A model generated the notes under the pieces. The model made no database searches, was not told the origin of the DNA, and saw only the letters and a program-made list of their open reading frames with translations. DNA of 64,000 nucleotides. Source: Eledone cirrhosa. Its lineage: Eukaryota. The stretch lies in contig OZ024742.1 in the NCBI GenBank assembly GCA_964016885.1, positions 346,704,001-346,768,000 of the forward strand, written 5' to 3'. Each line of letters opens with the position of its first letter. Position 1 is the stretch's first letter. The position numbers and the translations under genes were made by a program. Shown piece after piece: positions 45,730 through 62,200 of the stretch.

Positions 45730-48700
45730 ACTTGTATTATAAGCCTACATTAAGATACTTGTATTATAAGCCCACATTAAGATACTTGTAATATAAGCCA
45801 ACATTAAGATACTTGTATTATAAGCCTACATTAAGATACTTGTAATATAAGCCTCCATTAAGATACTTGTATTATAAGCCTACATTAAGATACTTGTATT
45901 ATAAGCCCACATTAAGATACTTGTAATATAAGCCTTCATTAAGATACTTGTAATATAAGTCTACATTAAGATACTTGTATTATAAGCCCACGTTAAGATA
46001 CTTGTAATATAATCCCACATTAAGATACTTGTAATATAATCCCACGTTAAGATACGTGTAAAATAAGCCAACATTAAGATACTTGTAATGTAAGCCTACA
46101 TTAAGATACTCGTAATATAAGCCTACATTAAGATACTTGTAATATAAGCCAACATTAAGATACTTGTAATATAAGCCAACATTAAGATACTTGTATTATA
46201 AGCCTACATTAAAATACTTGTAATATAAGCCGACATTAAGATACTTGTAATATAAGCCTTCATTAAGATACTTATAATATAAGCCAACATTAAGATATTT
46301 GTATTATAAGCCTACATTAAGATACTTGTAATATAAGCCTACATTAAGATAATTGTATTATAAGCCTACATTAAGATACTTGTAATATAAGCCTAAATTA
46401 AGATACTTGTATTATAAGCCTACATTAAGATACTTGTAATATAAGCCAACATTAAGATACTTGTATTATAAGCCTACATTAAGATACTTGGAATATAAGC
46501 CTACATTAAGATACTTGTATTATAAGCCAATATTAAGATACTTGTATTATAACCCCACATTAAGATACTTGTAATATAAGCTTACATTAAGATACTTGTA
46601 TTATAAGCCCACATTAAGATACTTGTATTATAATCCCACATTAAGATACTTGTAATATAAGCCTACATTAAGATACTTGTATTATAAGCCCACATTAAGA
46701 TACGTGTAATATAAGCCAACATTAAGATACTTGTAATATAAGCCTAAATTAAGATGCTCGTAATATAAGCCTCCATTAAGATACTTGTATTATAAGCCTA
46801 CATTAAGATACTTGTATTATAAGCCAACATTAAGATACTTGTAATATAAGCCTTCATTAAGATACTTGTAATATAAGTCTACATTAAGATACTTGTAATA
46901 TAAGCCTACATTAAGATACTTGTATTATAAGCCTACATTAAGATACTTGTATTATAAGCCTACATTAAGATACTTGTATTATAAGCCCACATTAAGACAC
47001 TTGTAATATAAGCCTACATTAAGATACTTGTATTATAAGTCTACATTATGATACTTGTAATATAAGCCCACATTAAGATACTTGTATTATAAGCCTACAT
47101 TAAGATACTTGTAATATAAGCCTACATTAAGATACTTGTATCATAAGCCTACATTAAGATACTTGCATTATAAGTCCACATTAAGATACTTGTAATATAA
47201 GCCTACATTAAGATACTTGTATTATAAGCCTACATTAAGATACTTATATTATAAGCCAACATTAAGATACTTGTAATATAATCCCACATTAAGATACTTG
47301 TAATATAATCCCACATTAAGATACTTGTTATATAATCCCACATTAAGATACTTGTAATATAAGCCTACATTAAGATACTTGTAATATAATCCAACATTAA
47401 GATACTTGTAATATAAGCCTAGGTTAATATACGTGTAATATAAGCCAACATTAAGATACTTGTATTATAAGCCTACATTAAGATACTTGTAATATAAGCC
47501 TACATTAAGATACTTGTAATATAAGCCTACATTAAGATACGTGTAATATAAGCCTACATTAAGATACTTGTAATATAAGCCTTCATTAAGATACATGTAT
47601 TATAAGCCTTCATTAAGAAACTTGTAATATAAGCCTACATTAAGATACTTGTATTATAAGCCTACATTAAGATACTTGTATTATAAGCCCACATTAAGAT
47701 ACGTGTAATATAAGCCAACATTAAGATACTTGTAATATAAGCCTAAATTAAGATACTCGTAATATAAGCCTTCATTAAGATACTTGTATTATAAGCCAAC
47801 ATTAAGATACTTGTATTATAAGCCCACATTAAGATACTTGTAATATAAGCCTTCATTAAGATACTTGTAATATAAGTCTACATTAAGATACTTGTAATAT
47901 AAGCCTCCATTAAGATACTTGTATTATAAGCCTGCATTAAGATACTTGTATTATAAGCCTACATTAAGATACTTGTAATATAAGCCTACATTAAGATACT
48001 TGTAATATAAGCCAACATTAAGATACTTGTAATATAAGCCAACATTAAGATACTTGTATTATAAGCCTACATTAAGATACTTGTAATATAAGCCGACATT
48101 AAGATACTTGTAATATATGCGAAAATTAAGATACTTGTAATATAAGCCAACATTAAGATACTTGTAATATAAGCCTTCATTAAGATACCTGTATTATAAG
48201 CCTGCATTAAGATACTTGTAATATAACCCTACATTAAGATACATGTATTATAAGCCTACATTAAGATACTTGTAATATAAGCCTAAATTAAGATAGTTGT
48301 ATTATAAGCATACATTAAGATACTTGTATTATAAGCCTACATTAAGATACTTGTAATATAAGCCAACATTAAGATACTTGTATTATAAGCCTACATTAAG
48401 ATACTTGTAATATAAGCCTGCATTAAGATACTTGTATTATAAGCCTACATTAAGATACTTGTATTATAATCCCACATTAAGATACTTGTAATATAAGCCT
48501 ACATTAAGATACTTGTATTATAAGCACACATTCAGATACTTGTATTATAAGCCTACATTAAGATACTTGTAATATAAGCCAACATTAAGATACTTGTAAT
48601 ATAAGTCTACATTAAGATACTCGTAATATAAGCCTACATTAAGATGCTTGTAATATAAGCCTACATTAAGATACTTGTAATATAATCCTACATTAAGATA

Positions 48701-51700
48701 CTTGTAATATAAGCCTACATTAAGATACTCGTAATATAAGCCTACATTAAGATACTTGTATTATAAGCCTACATTAAGATACTTGTAATATAATCCCACA
48801 TTAAGATACTTGTATTATAAGCCTTCATTAAGATACTTGTAATATAAGCCTACATTAAGATACTTGTATTATAAGCCTACATTGAGATACTTGTATTATA
48901 AGCCCACATTAAGACACTTGTAATATAAGCCAACATTAAGATACTTGTAATATAAGCCTCCATTAAGATACTTGTATTATAAGCCTACATTAAGATACTT
49001 GTAATATAAGCCTACATTAAGATACTTGTATTATAAGCCTTCATTAAGATACTTGTAATATAAGCCTACATTAAGATACTTGTATTATAAGCCTTCATTG
49101 AGATACTTGTATTATAAGCCAACATTAAGACACTTGTAATATAAGCCTACATTAAGATACTTGTATTATAAGTCTACATTAAGAGACTTGTAATATAAGC
49201 CGACATTAAGATACTTGTATTATAAGCCTACATTAAGATACTTGTAATATAAGCCTACATTAAGATACTTGTATTATAAACCTACATTAAGATACTTGCA
49301 TTATAAGCCCACATTAAGATACTTGTAATATAAGCCTACATTAAGATACTTGTATTATAATCCTACATTAAGATACTTGTATTATAAGCCCACATTAAGA
49401 TACTTGTAATATAATCCCACATTAAGATACTTGTAATATAATCCCACGTTAAGATACGTGTAAAATAAGCCAACATTAAGATACTTGTAATATAAGCCTA
49501 CATTAAGATACTCGTAATATAAGCCTACATTAAGATACTTGTAATATAAGCCAACATTAAGATACTTGTAATATAAGCCCACATTAAGATACTTGTAATA
49601 TAAGCCTACATTAAGATACTTGTATTATAAGCCCACATTAAGATACTTGTAATATAAGCCAACATTAAGATACTTGTATTATAAGCCTACATTAAGATAC
49701 TTGTAATATAAGCCTCCATTAAGATACTTGTATTATAAGCCTACATTAAGATACTTGTATTATAAGCCCACATTAAGATACTTGTAATATAAGCCTTCAT
49801 TAAGATACTTGTAATATAAGTCTACATTAAGATACTTGTATTATAAGCCCACGTTAAGATACTTGTAATATAATCCCACATTAAGATACTTGTAATATAA
49901 TCCCACGTTAAGATACGTGTAAAATAAGCCAACATTAAGATACTTGTAATGTAAGCCTACATTAAGATACTCGTAATATAAGCCTACATTAAGATACTTG
50001 TAATATAAGCCAACATTAAGATACTTGTAATATAAGCCAACATTAAGATACTTGTATTATAAGCCTACATTAAAATACTTGTAATATAAGCCGACATTAA
50101 GATACTTGTAATATAAGCCTTCATTAAGATACTTATAATATAAGCCAACATTAAGATATTTGTATTATAAGCCTACATTAAGATACTTGTAATATAAGCC
50201 TACATTAAGATAATTGTATTATAAGCCTACATTAAGATACTTGTAATATAAGCCTAAATTAAGATACTTGTATTATAAGCCTACATTAAGATACTTGTAA
50301 TATAAGCCAACATTAAGATACTTGTATTATAAGCCTACATTAAGATACTTGGAATATAAGCCTACATTAAGATACTTGTATTATAAGCCAATATTAAGAT
50401 ACTTGTATTATAACCCCACATTAAGATACTTGTAATATAAGCTTACATTAAGATACTTGTATTATAAGCCCACATTAAGATACTTGTATTATAATCCCAC
50501 ATTAAGATACTTGTAATATAAGCCTACATTAAGATACTTGTATTATAAGCCCACATTAAGATACGTGTAATATAAGCCAACATTAAGATACTTGTAATAT
50601 AAGCCTAAATTAAGATGCTCGTAATATAAGCCTCCATTAAGATACTTGTATTATAAGCCTACATTAAGATACTTGTATTATAAGCCAACATTAAGATACT
50701 TGTAATATAAGCCTTCATTAAGATACTTGTAATATAAGTCTACATTAAGATACTTGTAATATAAGCCTACATTAAGATACTTGTATTATAAGCCTACATT
50801 AAGATACTTGTATTATAAGCCTACATTAAGATACTTGTATTATAAGCCCACATTAAGACACTTGTAATATAAGCCTACATTAAGATACTTGTATTATAAG
50901 TCTACATTATGATACTTGTAATATAAGCCCACATTAAGATACTTGTATTATAAGCCTACATTAAGATACTTGTAATATAAGCCTACATTAAGATACTTGT
51001 ATCATAAGCCTACATTAAGATACTTGCATTATAAGTCCACATTAAGATACTTGTAATATAAGCCTACATTAAGATACTTGTATTATAAGCCTACATTAAG
51101 ATACTTATATTATAAGCCAACATTAAGATACTTGTAATATAATCCCACATTAAGATACTTGTAATATAATCCCACATTAAGATACTTGTTATATAATCCC
51201 ACATTAAGATACTTGTAATATAAGCCTACATTAAGATACTTGTAATATAATCCAACATTAAGATACTTGTAATATAAGCCTAGGTTAATATACGTGTAAT
51301 ATAAGCCAACATTAAGATACTTGTATTATAAGCCTACATTAAGATACTTGTAATATAAGCCTACATTAAGATACTTGTAATATAAGCCTACATTAAGATA
51401 CGTGTAATATAAGCCTACATTAAGATACTTGTAATATAAGCCTTCATTAAGATACATGTATTATAAGCCTTCATTAAGAAACTTGTAATATAAGCCTACA
51501 TTAAGATACTTGTATTATAAGCCTACATTAAGATACTTGTATTATAAGCCCACATTAAGATACGTGTAATATAAGCCAACATTAAGATACTTGTAATATA
51601 AGCCTAAATTAAGATACTCGTAATATAAGCCTTCATTAAGATACTTGTATTATAAGCCAACATTAAGATACTTGTATTATAAGCCCACATTAAGATACTT

Positions 51701-53460
51701 GTAATATAAGCCTTCATTAAGATACTTGTAATATAAGTCTACATTAAGATACTTGTAATATAAGCCTCCATTAAGATACTTGTATTATAAGCCTGCATTA
51801 AGATACTTGTATTATAAGCCTACATTAAGATACTTGTAATATAAGCCTACATTAAGATACTTGTAATATAAGCCAACATTAAGATACTTGTAATATAAGC
51901 CAACATTAAGATACTTGTATTATAAGCCTACATTAAGATACTTGTAATATAAGCCGACATTAAGATACTTGTAATATATGCGAAAATTAAGATACTTGTA
52001 ATATAAGCCAACATTAAGATACTTGTAATATAAGCCTTCATTAAGATACCTGTATTATAAGCCTGCATTAAGATACTTGTAATATAACCCTACATTAAGA
52101 TACATGTATTATAAGCCTACATTAAGATACTTGTAATATAAGCCTAAATTAAGATAGTTGTATTATAAGCATACATTAAGATACTTGTATTATAAGCCTA
52201 CATTAAGATACTTGTAATATAAGCCAACATTAAGATACTTGTATTATAAGCCTACATTAAGATACTTGTAATATAAGCCTGCATTAAGATACTTGTATTA
52301 TAAGCCTACATTAAGATACTTGTATTATAATCCCACATTAAGATACTTGTAATATAAGCCTACATTAAGATACTTGTATTATAAGCACACATTCAGATAC
52401 TTGTATTATAAGCCTACATTAAGATACTTGTAATATAAGCCAACATTAAGATACTTGTAATATAAGTCTACATTAAGATACTCGTAATATAAGCCTACAT
52501 TAAGATGCTTGTAATATAAGCCTACATTAAGATACTTGTAATATAATCCTACATTAAGATACTTGTAATATAAGCCTACATTAAGATACTCGTAATATAA
52601 GCCTACATTAAGATACTTGTATTATAAGCCTACATTAAGATACTTGTAATATAATCCCACATTAAGATACTTGTATTATAAGCCTTCATTAAGATACTTG
52701 TAATATAAGCCTACATTAAGATACTTGTATTATAAGCCTACATTGAGATACTTGTATTATAAGCCCACATTAAGACACTTGTAATATAAGCCAACATTAA
52801 GATACTTGTAATATAAGCCTCCATTAAGATACTTGTATTATAAGCCTACATTAAGATACTTGTAATATAAGCCTACATTAAGATACTTGTATTATAAGCC
52901 TTCATTAAGATACTTGTAATATAAGCCTACATTAAGATACTTGTATTATAAGCCTTCATTGAGATACTTGTATTATAAGCCAACATTAAGACACTTGTAA
53001 TATAAGCCTACATTAAGATACTTGTATTATAAGTCTACATTAAGAGACTTGTAATATAAGCCGACATTAAGATACTTGTATTATAAGCCTACATTAAGAT
53101 ACTTGTAATATAAGCCTACATTAAGATACTTGTATTATAAACCTACATTAAGATACTTGCATTATAAGCCCACATTAAGATACTTGTAATATAAGCCTAC
53201 ATTAAGATACTTGTATTATAATCCTACATTAAGATACTTGTATTATAAGCCCACATTAAGATACTTGTAATATAATCCCACATTAAGATACTTGTAATAT
53301 AATCCCACGTTAAGATACGTGTAAAATAAGCCAACATTAAGATACTTGTAATATAAGCCTACATTAAGATACTCGTAATATAAGCCTACATTAAGATACT
53401 TGTAATATAAGCCAACATTAAGATACTTGTAATATAAGCCCACATTAAGATACTTGTAAT
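45730..53460. repeat. Tandem duplication of a 143-monomer (3861-bp) block
   Basis: TAATGTAAG at 46090/49951. Identical ORFs at 49382/53243. The AACCCCAC and TATGCGAAAA markers are colinear. Confidence 0.92.
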
Positions 53461-53479
53461 ATAAGCCAACATTAAGATA

Positions 53480-56400
53480 CTTGTATTATAAGCCTTCATT
53501 AAAATACTTGTAATATAAGCCGACATTAAGATACTTGTAATATAAGCCTTCATTAAGATACTTATAATATAAGCCAACATTAAGATATTTGTATTATAAG
53601 CCTACATTAAGATACTTGTAATATAAGCCTACATTAAGATAATTGTATTATAAGCCTACATTAAGATACTTGTAATATAAGCCTAAATTAAGATACTTGT
53701 ATTATAAGCCCACATTAAGATACTTGTAATATAAGCCAACATTAAGATACTTGTATTATAAGCCTACATTAAGATACTTGGAATATAAGCCTACATTAAG
53801 ATACTTGTATTATAAGCCAATATTAAGATACTTGTATTATAATCCCACATTAAGATACTTGTAATATAAGCTTACATTAAGATACTTGTATTATAAGCCC
53901 ACATTAAGATACTTGTATTATAATCCCACATTAAGATACTTGTAATATAAGCCTACATTAAGATACTTGTATTATAAGCCCACATTAAGATACGTGTAAT
54001 ATAAGCCAACATTAAGATACTTGTAATATAAGCCTAAATTAAGATGCTCGTAATATAAGCCTCCATTAAGATACTTGTATTATAAGCCTACATTAAGATA
54101 CTTGTATTATAAGCCAACATTAAGATACTTGTAATATAAGCCTTCATTAAGATACTTGTAATATAAGTCTACATTAAGATACTTGTAATATAAGCCTACA
54201 TAAAGATACTTGTATTATAAGCCTACATTAAGATACTTGTATTATAAGCCTACATTAAGATACTTGTAATATAAGCCAACATTAAGATACTTGTAATATA
54301 AGCCAACATTAAGATACTTGTATTATAAGCCTACATTAAGATACTTGTAATATAAGCCCACATTAAGATACTTGTAATATAAGCCTACATTAAGATACGT
54401 GTAATATAAGCCTACATTAAGATACTTGTAATATAAGCCTTCATTAAGATACTTGTAATATAAGCCTACTTTAAGATACTTGTATTATAAGCCTACATTA
54501 AGATACTTGTATTATAAGCCCACATTAAGACACTTGTAATATAAGCCTACATTAAGATACTTGTATTATAAGTCTACATTAAGATACTTGTAATATAAGC
54601 CCGCATTAAGATACTTGTATTATAAGCCTAAATTAAGATACTTGTAATATAAGACTACATTAAGATACTTGTATTATAACCCTACATTAAGATACTTGCA
54701 TTATAAGTCCACATTAAGATACTTGTAATATAAGCCTACATTAAGATACTTGTATTATAAGCCTACATTAAGATACTTGTATTATAAGCCCACATTAAGA
54801 TACTTGTAATATAATCTCACATTAAGATACTTGTAATATAATCCCACATTAAGATACTTGTTATATAATCCAACATTAAGATACTTGTAATATAAGCCTA
54901 CATTAAGATACTTGTAATATAATCCCACATTAAGATACTTGTAATATAAGCCTACATTAAGATACTTGTAATATAAGCCAACATTAAGATACTTGTATTA
55001 TAAGCCTACATTAAGATACTTGTAATATAAGCCAACATTAAGATACTTGTATTATAAGCCTACATTAAGATACTTGTAATATAAGCCGACATTAAGATAC
55101 TTGTAATATATGCAAAAATTAAGATACTTGTAATATAAGCCCACATTAAGATACTTGTAATATAAGCCTTCATTAAGATACCTGTATTATAAACCTACAT
55201 TAAGATACTTGTAATATAAGCCTAAATTAAGATAGTTGTATTATAAGCATACATTAAGATACTTGTATTATAAGCCGACATTAAGATACTTGTAATATAA
55301 GCCAACATTAAGATACTTGTAATATAAGCCTACATTAAGATACTTGTAATATAAGCCTACATTAAGATACTTGTATTATAAGCCTACATTAAGATACTTG
55401 TATTATAATCCCACATTAAGATACTTGTAATATAAGCCTACATTAAGATACTTGTATTATAAGCCCACATTCAGATACTTGTATTATAAGCCCACATTAA
55501 GATACTTGTAATATAAGCCAACATTAAGATACTTGTAATATAAGTCTACATTAAGATACTCGTAATATAAGCCTACATTAAGATGCTTGTAATATAAGCC
55601 TACATTAAGATACTTGTATTATAAGCCCACATTCAGATACTTGTATTATAAGCCCACATTAAGATACTTGTAATATAAGCCAACATTAAGATACTTGTAT
55701 TATAAGCCTACATTAAGATACTTGTATTATAAGCCTACATTAAGATACTTGTATTATAAGCCTACATTAAGATACTTGTAATATAAGCCTAAATTAAGAT
55801 AGTTGTATTATAAGCATACATTAAGATACTTGTATTATAAGCCGACATTAAGATACTTGTAATATAAGCCAACATTAAGATACTTGTATTATAAGCCTAC
55901 ATTAAGATACTTGTAATATAAGCTTCCATTAAGATACTTGTATTATAAGCCTACATTAAGATACTTGTATTATAAGCCCACATTAAGATACTTGTAATAT
56001 AAGCCAACATTAAGATACTTGTATTATAAGCCTACATTAAGATACTTGTAATATAAGCCTCCATTAAGATACTTGTATTATAAGCCTACATTAAGATACT
56101 TGTATTATAAGCCCACATTAAGATACTTGTAATATAAGCCTTCATTAAGATACTTGTAATATAAGTCTACATTAAGATACTTGTAATATAAGCCTACATT
56201 AAGATACTTGTATTATAAGCCTACATTAAGATACTTGTATTATAAGCCTACATTAAGATACTTGTAATATAAGCCTACATTTAGATATTTGTAATATAAG
56301 CCAACATTAAGATACTTGTAATATAAGCCAACATTAAGATACTTGTATTATAAGCCTACATTAAAATACTTGTAATATAAGCCGACATTAAGATACTTGT

Positions 56401-59210
56401 AATATAAGCCTTCATTAAGATACTTATAATATAAGCCAACATTAAGATATTTGTATTATAAGCCTACATTAAGATACTTGTAATATAAGCCTACATTAAG
56501 ATAATTGTATTATAAGCCTACATTAAGATACTTGTAATATAAGCCTAAATTAAGATACTTGTATTATAAGCCCACATTAAGATACTTGTAATATAAGCCA
56601 ACATTAAGATACTTGTATTATAAGCCTACATTAAGATACTTGGAATATAAGCCTACATTAAGATACTTGTATTATAAGCCAATATTAAGATACTTGTATT
56701 ATAATCCCACATTAAGATACTTGTAATATAAGCTTACATTAAGATACTTGTAATATAAGCCCACATTAAGATACTTGTATTATAATCCCACATTAAGATA
56801 CTTGTAATATAAGCCTACATTAAGATACTTGTATTATAAGCCCACATTAAGATACGTGTAATATAAGCCAACATTAAGATACTTGTAATATAAGCCTAAA
56901 TTAAGATGCTCGTAATATAAGCCTCCATTAAGATACTTGTATTATAAGCCTACATTAAGATACTTGTATTAAAAGCCAACATTAAGATACTTGTAATATA
57001 AGCCTTCATTAAGATACTTGTAATATAAGTCTACATTAAGATACTTGTAATATAAGCCTACATAAAGATACTTGTATTATAAGCCTACATTAAGATACTT
57101 GTATTATAAGCCTACATTAAGATACTTGTAATATAAGCCAACATTAAGATACTTGTAATATAAGCCAACATTAAGATACTTGTATTATAAGCCTACATTA
57201 AGATACTTGTAATATAAGCCCACATTAAGATACTTGTAATATAAGCCTACATTAAGATACGTGTAATATAAGCCTACATTAAGATACTTGTAATATAAGC
57301 CTACATTAAGATACATGTAATATAAGCCTTCATTAAGATACTTGTAATATAAGCCTACTTTAAGATACTTGTATTATAAGCCTACATTAAGATACTTGTA
57401 TTATAAGCCCACATTAAGACACTTGTAATATAAGCCTACATTAAGATACTTGTATTATAAGTCTACATTAAGATACTTGTAATATAAGCCCGCATTAAGA
57501 TACTTGTATTATAAGCCTAAATTAAGATACTTGTAATATAAGACTACATTAAGATACTTGTATTATAACCCTACATTAAGATACTTGCATGATAAGTCCA
57601 CATTAAGATACTTGTAATATAAGCCTACATTAAGATACTTGTATTATAAGCCTACATTAAGATACTTGTATTATAAGCCCACATTAAGATACTTGTAATA
57701 TAATCTCACATTAAGATACTTGTAATATAATCCCACATTAAGATACTTGTTATATAATCCAACATTAAGATACTTGTAATATAAGCCTACATTAAGATAC
57801 TTGTAATATAATCCCACATTAAGATACTTGTAATATAAGCCTACATTAAGATACTTGTAATATAAGCCAACATTAAGATACTTGTATTATAAACCTACAT
57901 TAAGATACTTGTAATATAAGCCAACATTAAGATACTTGTATTATAAGCCTACATTAAGATACTTGTAATATAAGCCGACATTAAGATACTTGTAATATAT
58001 GCAAAAATTAAGATACTTGTAATATAAGCCCACATTAAGATACTTGTAATATAAGCCTTCATTAAGATACCTGTATTATAAACCTACATTAAGATACTTG
58101 TAATATAAGCCTAAATTAAGATAGTTGTATTATAAGCATACATTAAGATACTTGTATTATAAGCCGACATTAAGATACTTGTAATATAAGCCAACATTAA
58201 GATACTTGTAATATAAGCCTACATTAAGATACTTGTAATATAAGCCTACATTAAGATACTTGTATTATAAGCCTACATTAAGATACTTGTATTATAATCC
58301 CACATTAAGATACTTGTAATATAAGCCTACATTAAGATACTTGTATTATAAGCCCACATTCAGATACTTGTATTATAAGCCCACATTAATATACTTGTAA
58401 TATAAGCCAACATTAAGATACTTGTAATATAAGTCTACATTAAGATACTCGTAATATAAGCCTACATTAAGATGCTTGTAATATAAGCCTACATTAAGAT
58501 ACTTGTATTATAAGCCCACATTCAGATACTTGTATTATAAGCCCACATTAAGATACTTGTAATATAAGCCAACATTAAGATACTTGTATTATAAGCCTAC
58601 ATTAAGATACTTGTATTATAAGCCTACATTAAGATACTTGTATTATAAGCCTACATTAAGATACTTGTAATATAAGCCTAAATTAAGATAGTTGTATTAT
58701 AAGCATACATTAAGATACTTGTATTATAAGCCGACATTAAGATACTTGTAATATAAGCCAACATTAAGATACTTGTATTATAAGCCTACATTAAGATACT
58801 TGTAATATAAGCCTCCATTAAGATACTTGTATTATAAGCCTACATTAAGATACTTGTATTATAAGCCCACATTAAGATACTTGTAATATAAGCCAACATT
58901 AAGATACTTGTATTATAAGCCTACATTAAGATACTTGTAATATAAGCCTCCATTAAGATACTTGTATTATAAGCCTACATTAAGATACTTGTATTATAAG
59001 CCCACATTAAGATACTTGTAATATAAGCCTTCATTAAGATACTTGTAATATAAGTCTACATTAAGATACTTGTAATATAAGCCTACATTAAGATACTTGT
59101 ATTATAAGCCTACATTAAGATACTTGTATTATAAGCCTACATTAAGATACTTGTAATATAAGCCTACATTTAGATACTTGTAATATAAGCCAACATTAAG
59201 ATACTTGTAA
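53480..59210. repeat. Tandem duplication of a 106/107-monomer block (2862/2889 bp)
   Basis: CATAAAG at 54201/57063 (offset 2862) and TGCAAAAA at 55111/58000 (offset 2889). One whole monomer is missing from the first copy near 54430. Confidence 0.87.
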
Positions 59211-62200
59211 TATAAGCCAACATTAAAATACTTGTATTATAAGCCTACATTAAGATACTTGTAATATAAGCTTACATTAAGATACTTGTAATATAAGCCT
59301 ACATTAAGATACGTGTAATATAAGCCTACATTAAGATACTTGTAATATAAGCCTCCATGAAGATACATGTATTATAAGCCTTCATTAAGAAACTTGTAAT
59401 ATAAGCCTACATTAAGATACTTGTATTATAAGCCAACATTAAGATACTTGTATTATAAGCCCACATTAAGACACTTGTAATATAAGCCTACATTAAGATA
59501 CTTGTATTATAAGTCTACATTATGATACTTGTAATATAAGCCCACATTAAGATACTTGCATTATAAGTCCACATTAAGATACTTGTAATATAAGCCTACA
59601 TTAAGATACTTGTATTATAAGCCTACATTAAGATACTTATATTATAAGCCAACATTAAGATACGTGTAATATAATCCCACATTAAGATACTTGTAATATA
59701 ATCCCACATTAAGATACTTGTTATATAATCCCACATTAAGATACTTGTAATATAAGCCTACATTAAGATACTTGTAATATAATCCAACATTAAGATACTT
59801 GTAATATAAGCCTAGGTTAATATACGTGTAATATAAGCCAACATTAAGATACTTGTATTATAAGCCTACATTAAGATACTTGTAATATAAGCCTACATTA
59901 AGATACTTGTAATATAAGCCTACATTAAGATACGTGTAATATAAGCCTACATTAAGATACTTGTAATATAAGCCTTCATTAAGATACATGTATTATAAGC
60001 CTTCATTAAGAAACTTGTAATATAAGCCTACATTAAGATACTTGTATTATAAGCCTACATTAAGATACTTGTATTATAAGCCCACATTAAGATACGTGTA
60101 ATATAAGCCAACATTAAGATACTTGTAATATAAGCCTAACTTAAGATACTCGTAATATAAGCCTCCATTAAGATACTTGTATTATAAGCCAACATTAAGA
60201 TACTTGTATTATAAGCCCACATTAAGGTACTTGTAATATAAGCCTTCATTAAGATACTTGTAATATAAGTCTACATTAAGATACTTGTAATATAAGCCTC
60301 CATTAAGATACTTGTATTATAAGCCTGCATTAAGATACTTGTATTATAAGCCTACATTAAGATACTTGTAATATAAGCCTACATTAAGATACGTGTAAAA
60401 TAAGCCAACATTAAGATACTTGTAATATAAGCTTACATTAAGATACTCGTAATATAAGCCTACATTAAAATACTTGTAATATAAGCCAACATTAAGATAT
60501 TTGTATTATAAGCCTACATTAAGATACTTGTAATATAAGCCTACATTAAGATAATTGTATTATAAGCCTACATTAAGATACTTGTAATATAAACCTAAAT
60601 TAAGATACTTGTATTATAAGCCCACATTAAGATACTTGTAATATAAGCCAACATTAAGATACTTGTATTATAAGCCTACATTAAGATACTTGGAATATAA
60701 GCCTTCATTAAGATACTTGTATTATAAGCCAACATTAAGATACTTGTATTATAATCCCACATTAAGATACTTGTAATATAAGCCTACATTAAGATACTTG
60801 TATTATAAGCCCATATTAAGATACTTGTAATATAAGCCTACATTAAGATACTTGTATTATAAGCCCACATTAAGATACTTGGAATATAAGCCTACATTAA
60901 GATACTTGTATTATAAGCCAATATTAAGATACTTGTAATATAAGCCTAAATTAAGATACTTGTAATATAAGCCTCCATTAAGATACTTGTATTATAAGCC
61001 TACATTAAGATACTTGTATTATAAGCCCACATTAAGATACTTGTAATATAAGCCTTCATTAAGATACTTGTAATATAAGTCTACATTAAGATACTTGTAA
61101 TATAAGCCTACATTAAGATACTTGTATTATAAGCCTACATTAAGATACTTGTATTATAAGCCTACATTAAGATACTTGTAATATAAGCCTACATTTAGAT
61201 ACTTGTAATATAAGCCAACATTAAGATACTTGTAATATAAGCCAACATTAAAATACTTGTATTATAAGCCTACATTAAGATACTTGTAATATAAGCTTAC
61301 ATTAAGATACTTGTAATATAAGCCTACATTAAGATACGTGTAATATAAGCCTACATTAAGATACTTGTAATATAAGCCTCCATGAAGATACATGTATTAT
61401 AAGCCTTCATTAAGAAACTTGTAATATAAGCCTACATTAAGATACTTGTATTATAAGCCAACATTAAGATACTTGTATTATAAGCCCACATTAAGACACT
61501 TGTAATATAAGCCTACATTAAGATACTTGTATTATAAGTCTACATTATGATACTTGTAATATAAGCCCACATTAAGATACTTGCATTATAAGTCCACATT
61601 AAGATACTTGTAATATAAGCCTACATTAAGATACTTGTATTATAAGCCTACATTAAGATACTTATATTATAAGCCAACATTAAGATACGTGTAATATAAT
61701 CCCACATTAAGATACTTGTAATATAATCCCACATTAAGATACTTGTTATATAATCCCACATTAAGATACTTGTAATATAAGCCTACATTAAGATACTTGT
61801 AATATAATCCAACATTAAGATACTTGTAATATAAGCCTAGGTTAATATACGTGTAATATAAGCCAACATTAAGATACTTGTATTATAAGCCTACATTAAG
61901 ATACTTGTAATATAAGCCTACATTAAGATACTTGTAATATAAGCCTACATTAAGATACGTGTAATATAAGCCTACATTAAGATACTTGTAATATAAGCCT
62001 TCATTAAGATACATGTATTATAAGCCTTCATTAAGAAACTTGTAATATAAGCCTACATTAAGATACTTGTATTATAAGCCTACATTAAGATACTTGTATT
62101 ATAAGCCCACATTAAGATACGTGTAATATAAGCCAACATTAAGATACTTGTAATATAAGCCTAACTTAAGATACTCGTAATATAAGCCTCCATTAAGATA

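Noticed and set aside
729-53443. Six identical 66-aa minus-strand ORFs (GLYYKYLNV repeats) at 729, 9827, 15794, 34505, 49382 and 53243
   Set aside because: Each is just a run of consecutive W=A monomers without the TAA stop, starting at a GTG. They are identical because the block was duplicated. No gene context supports them.
53386-53580. 64-aa ORF (MLAYITSIL repeats)
   Set aside because: It is a chance run of monomers lacking the consensus TAG stop in another frame.
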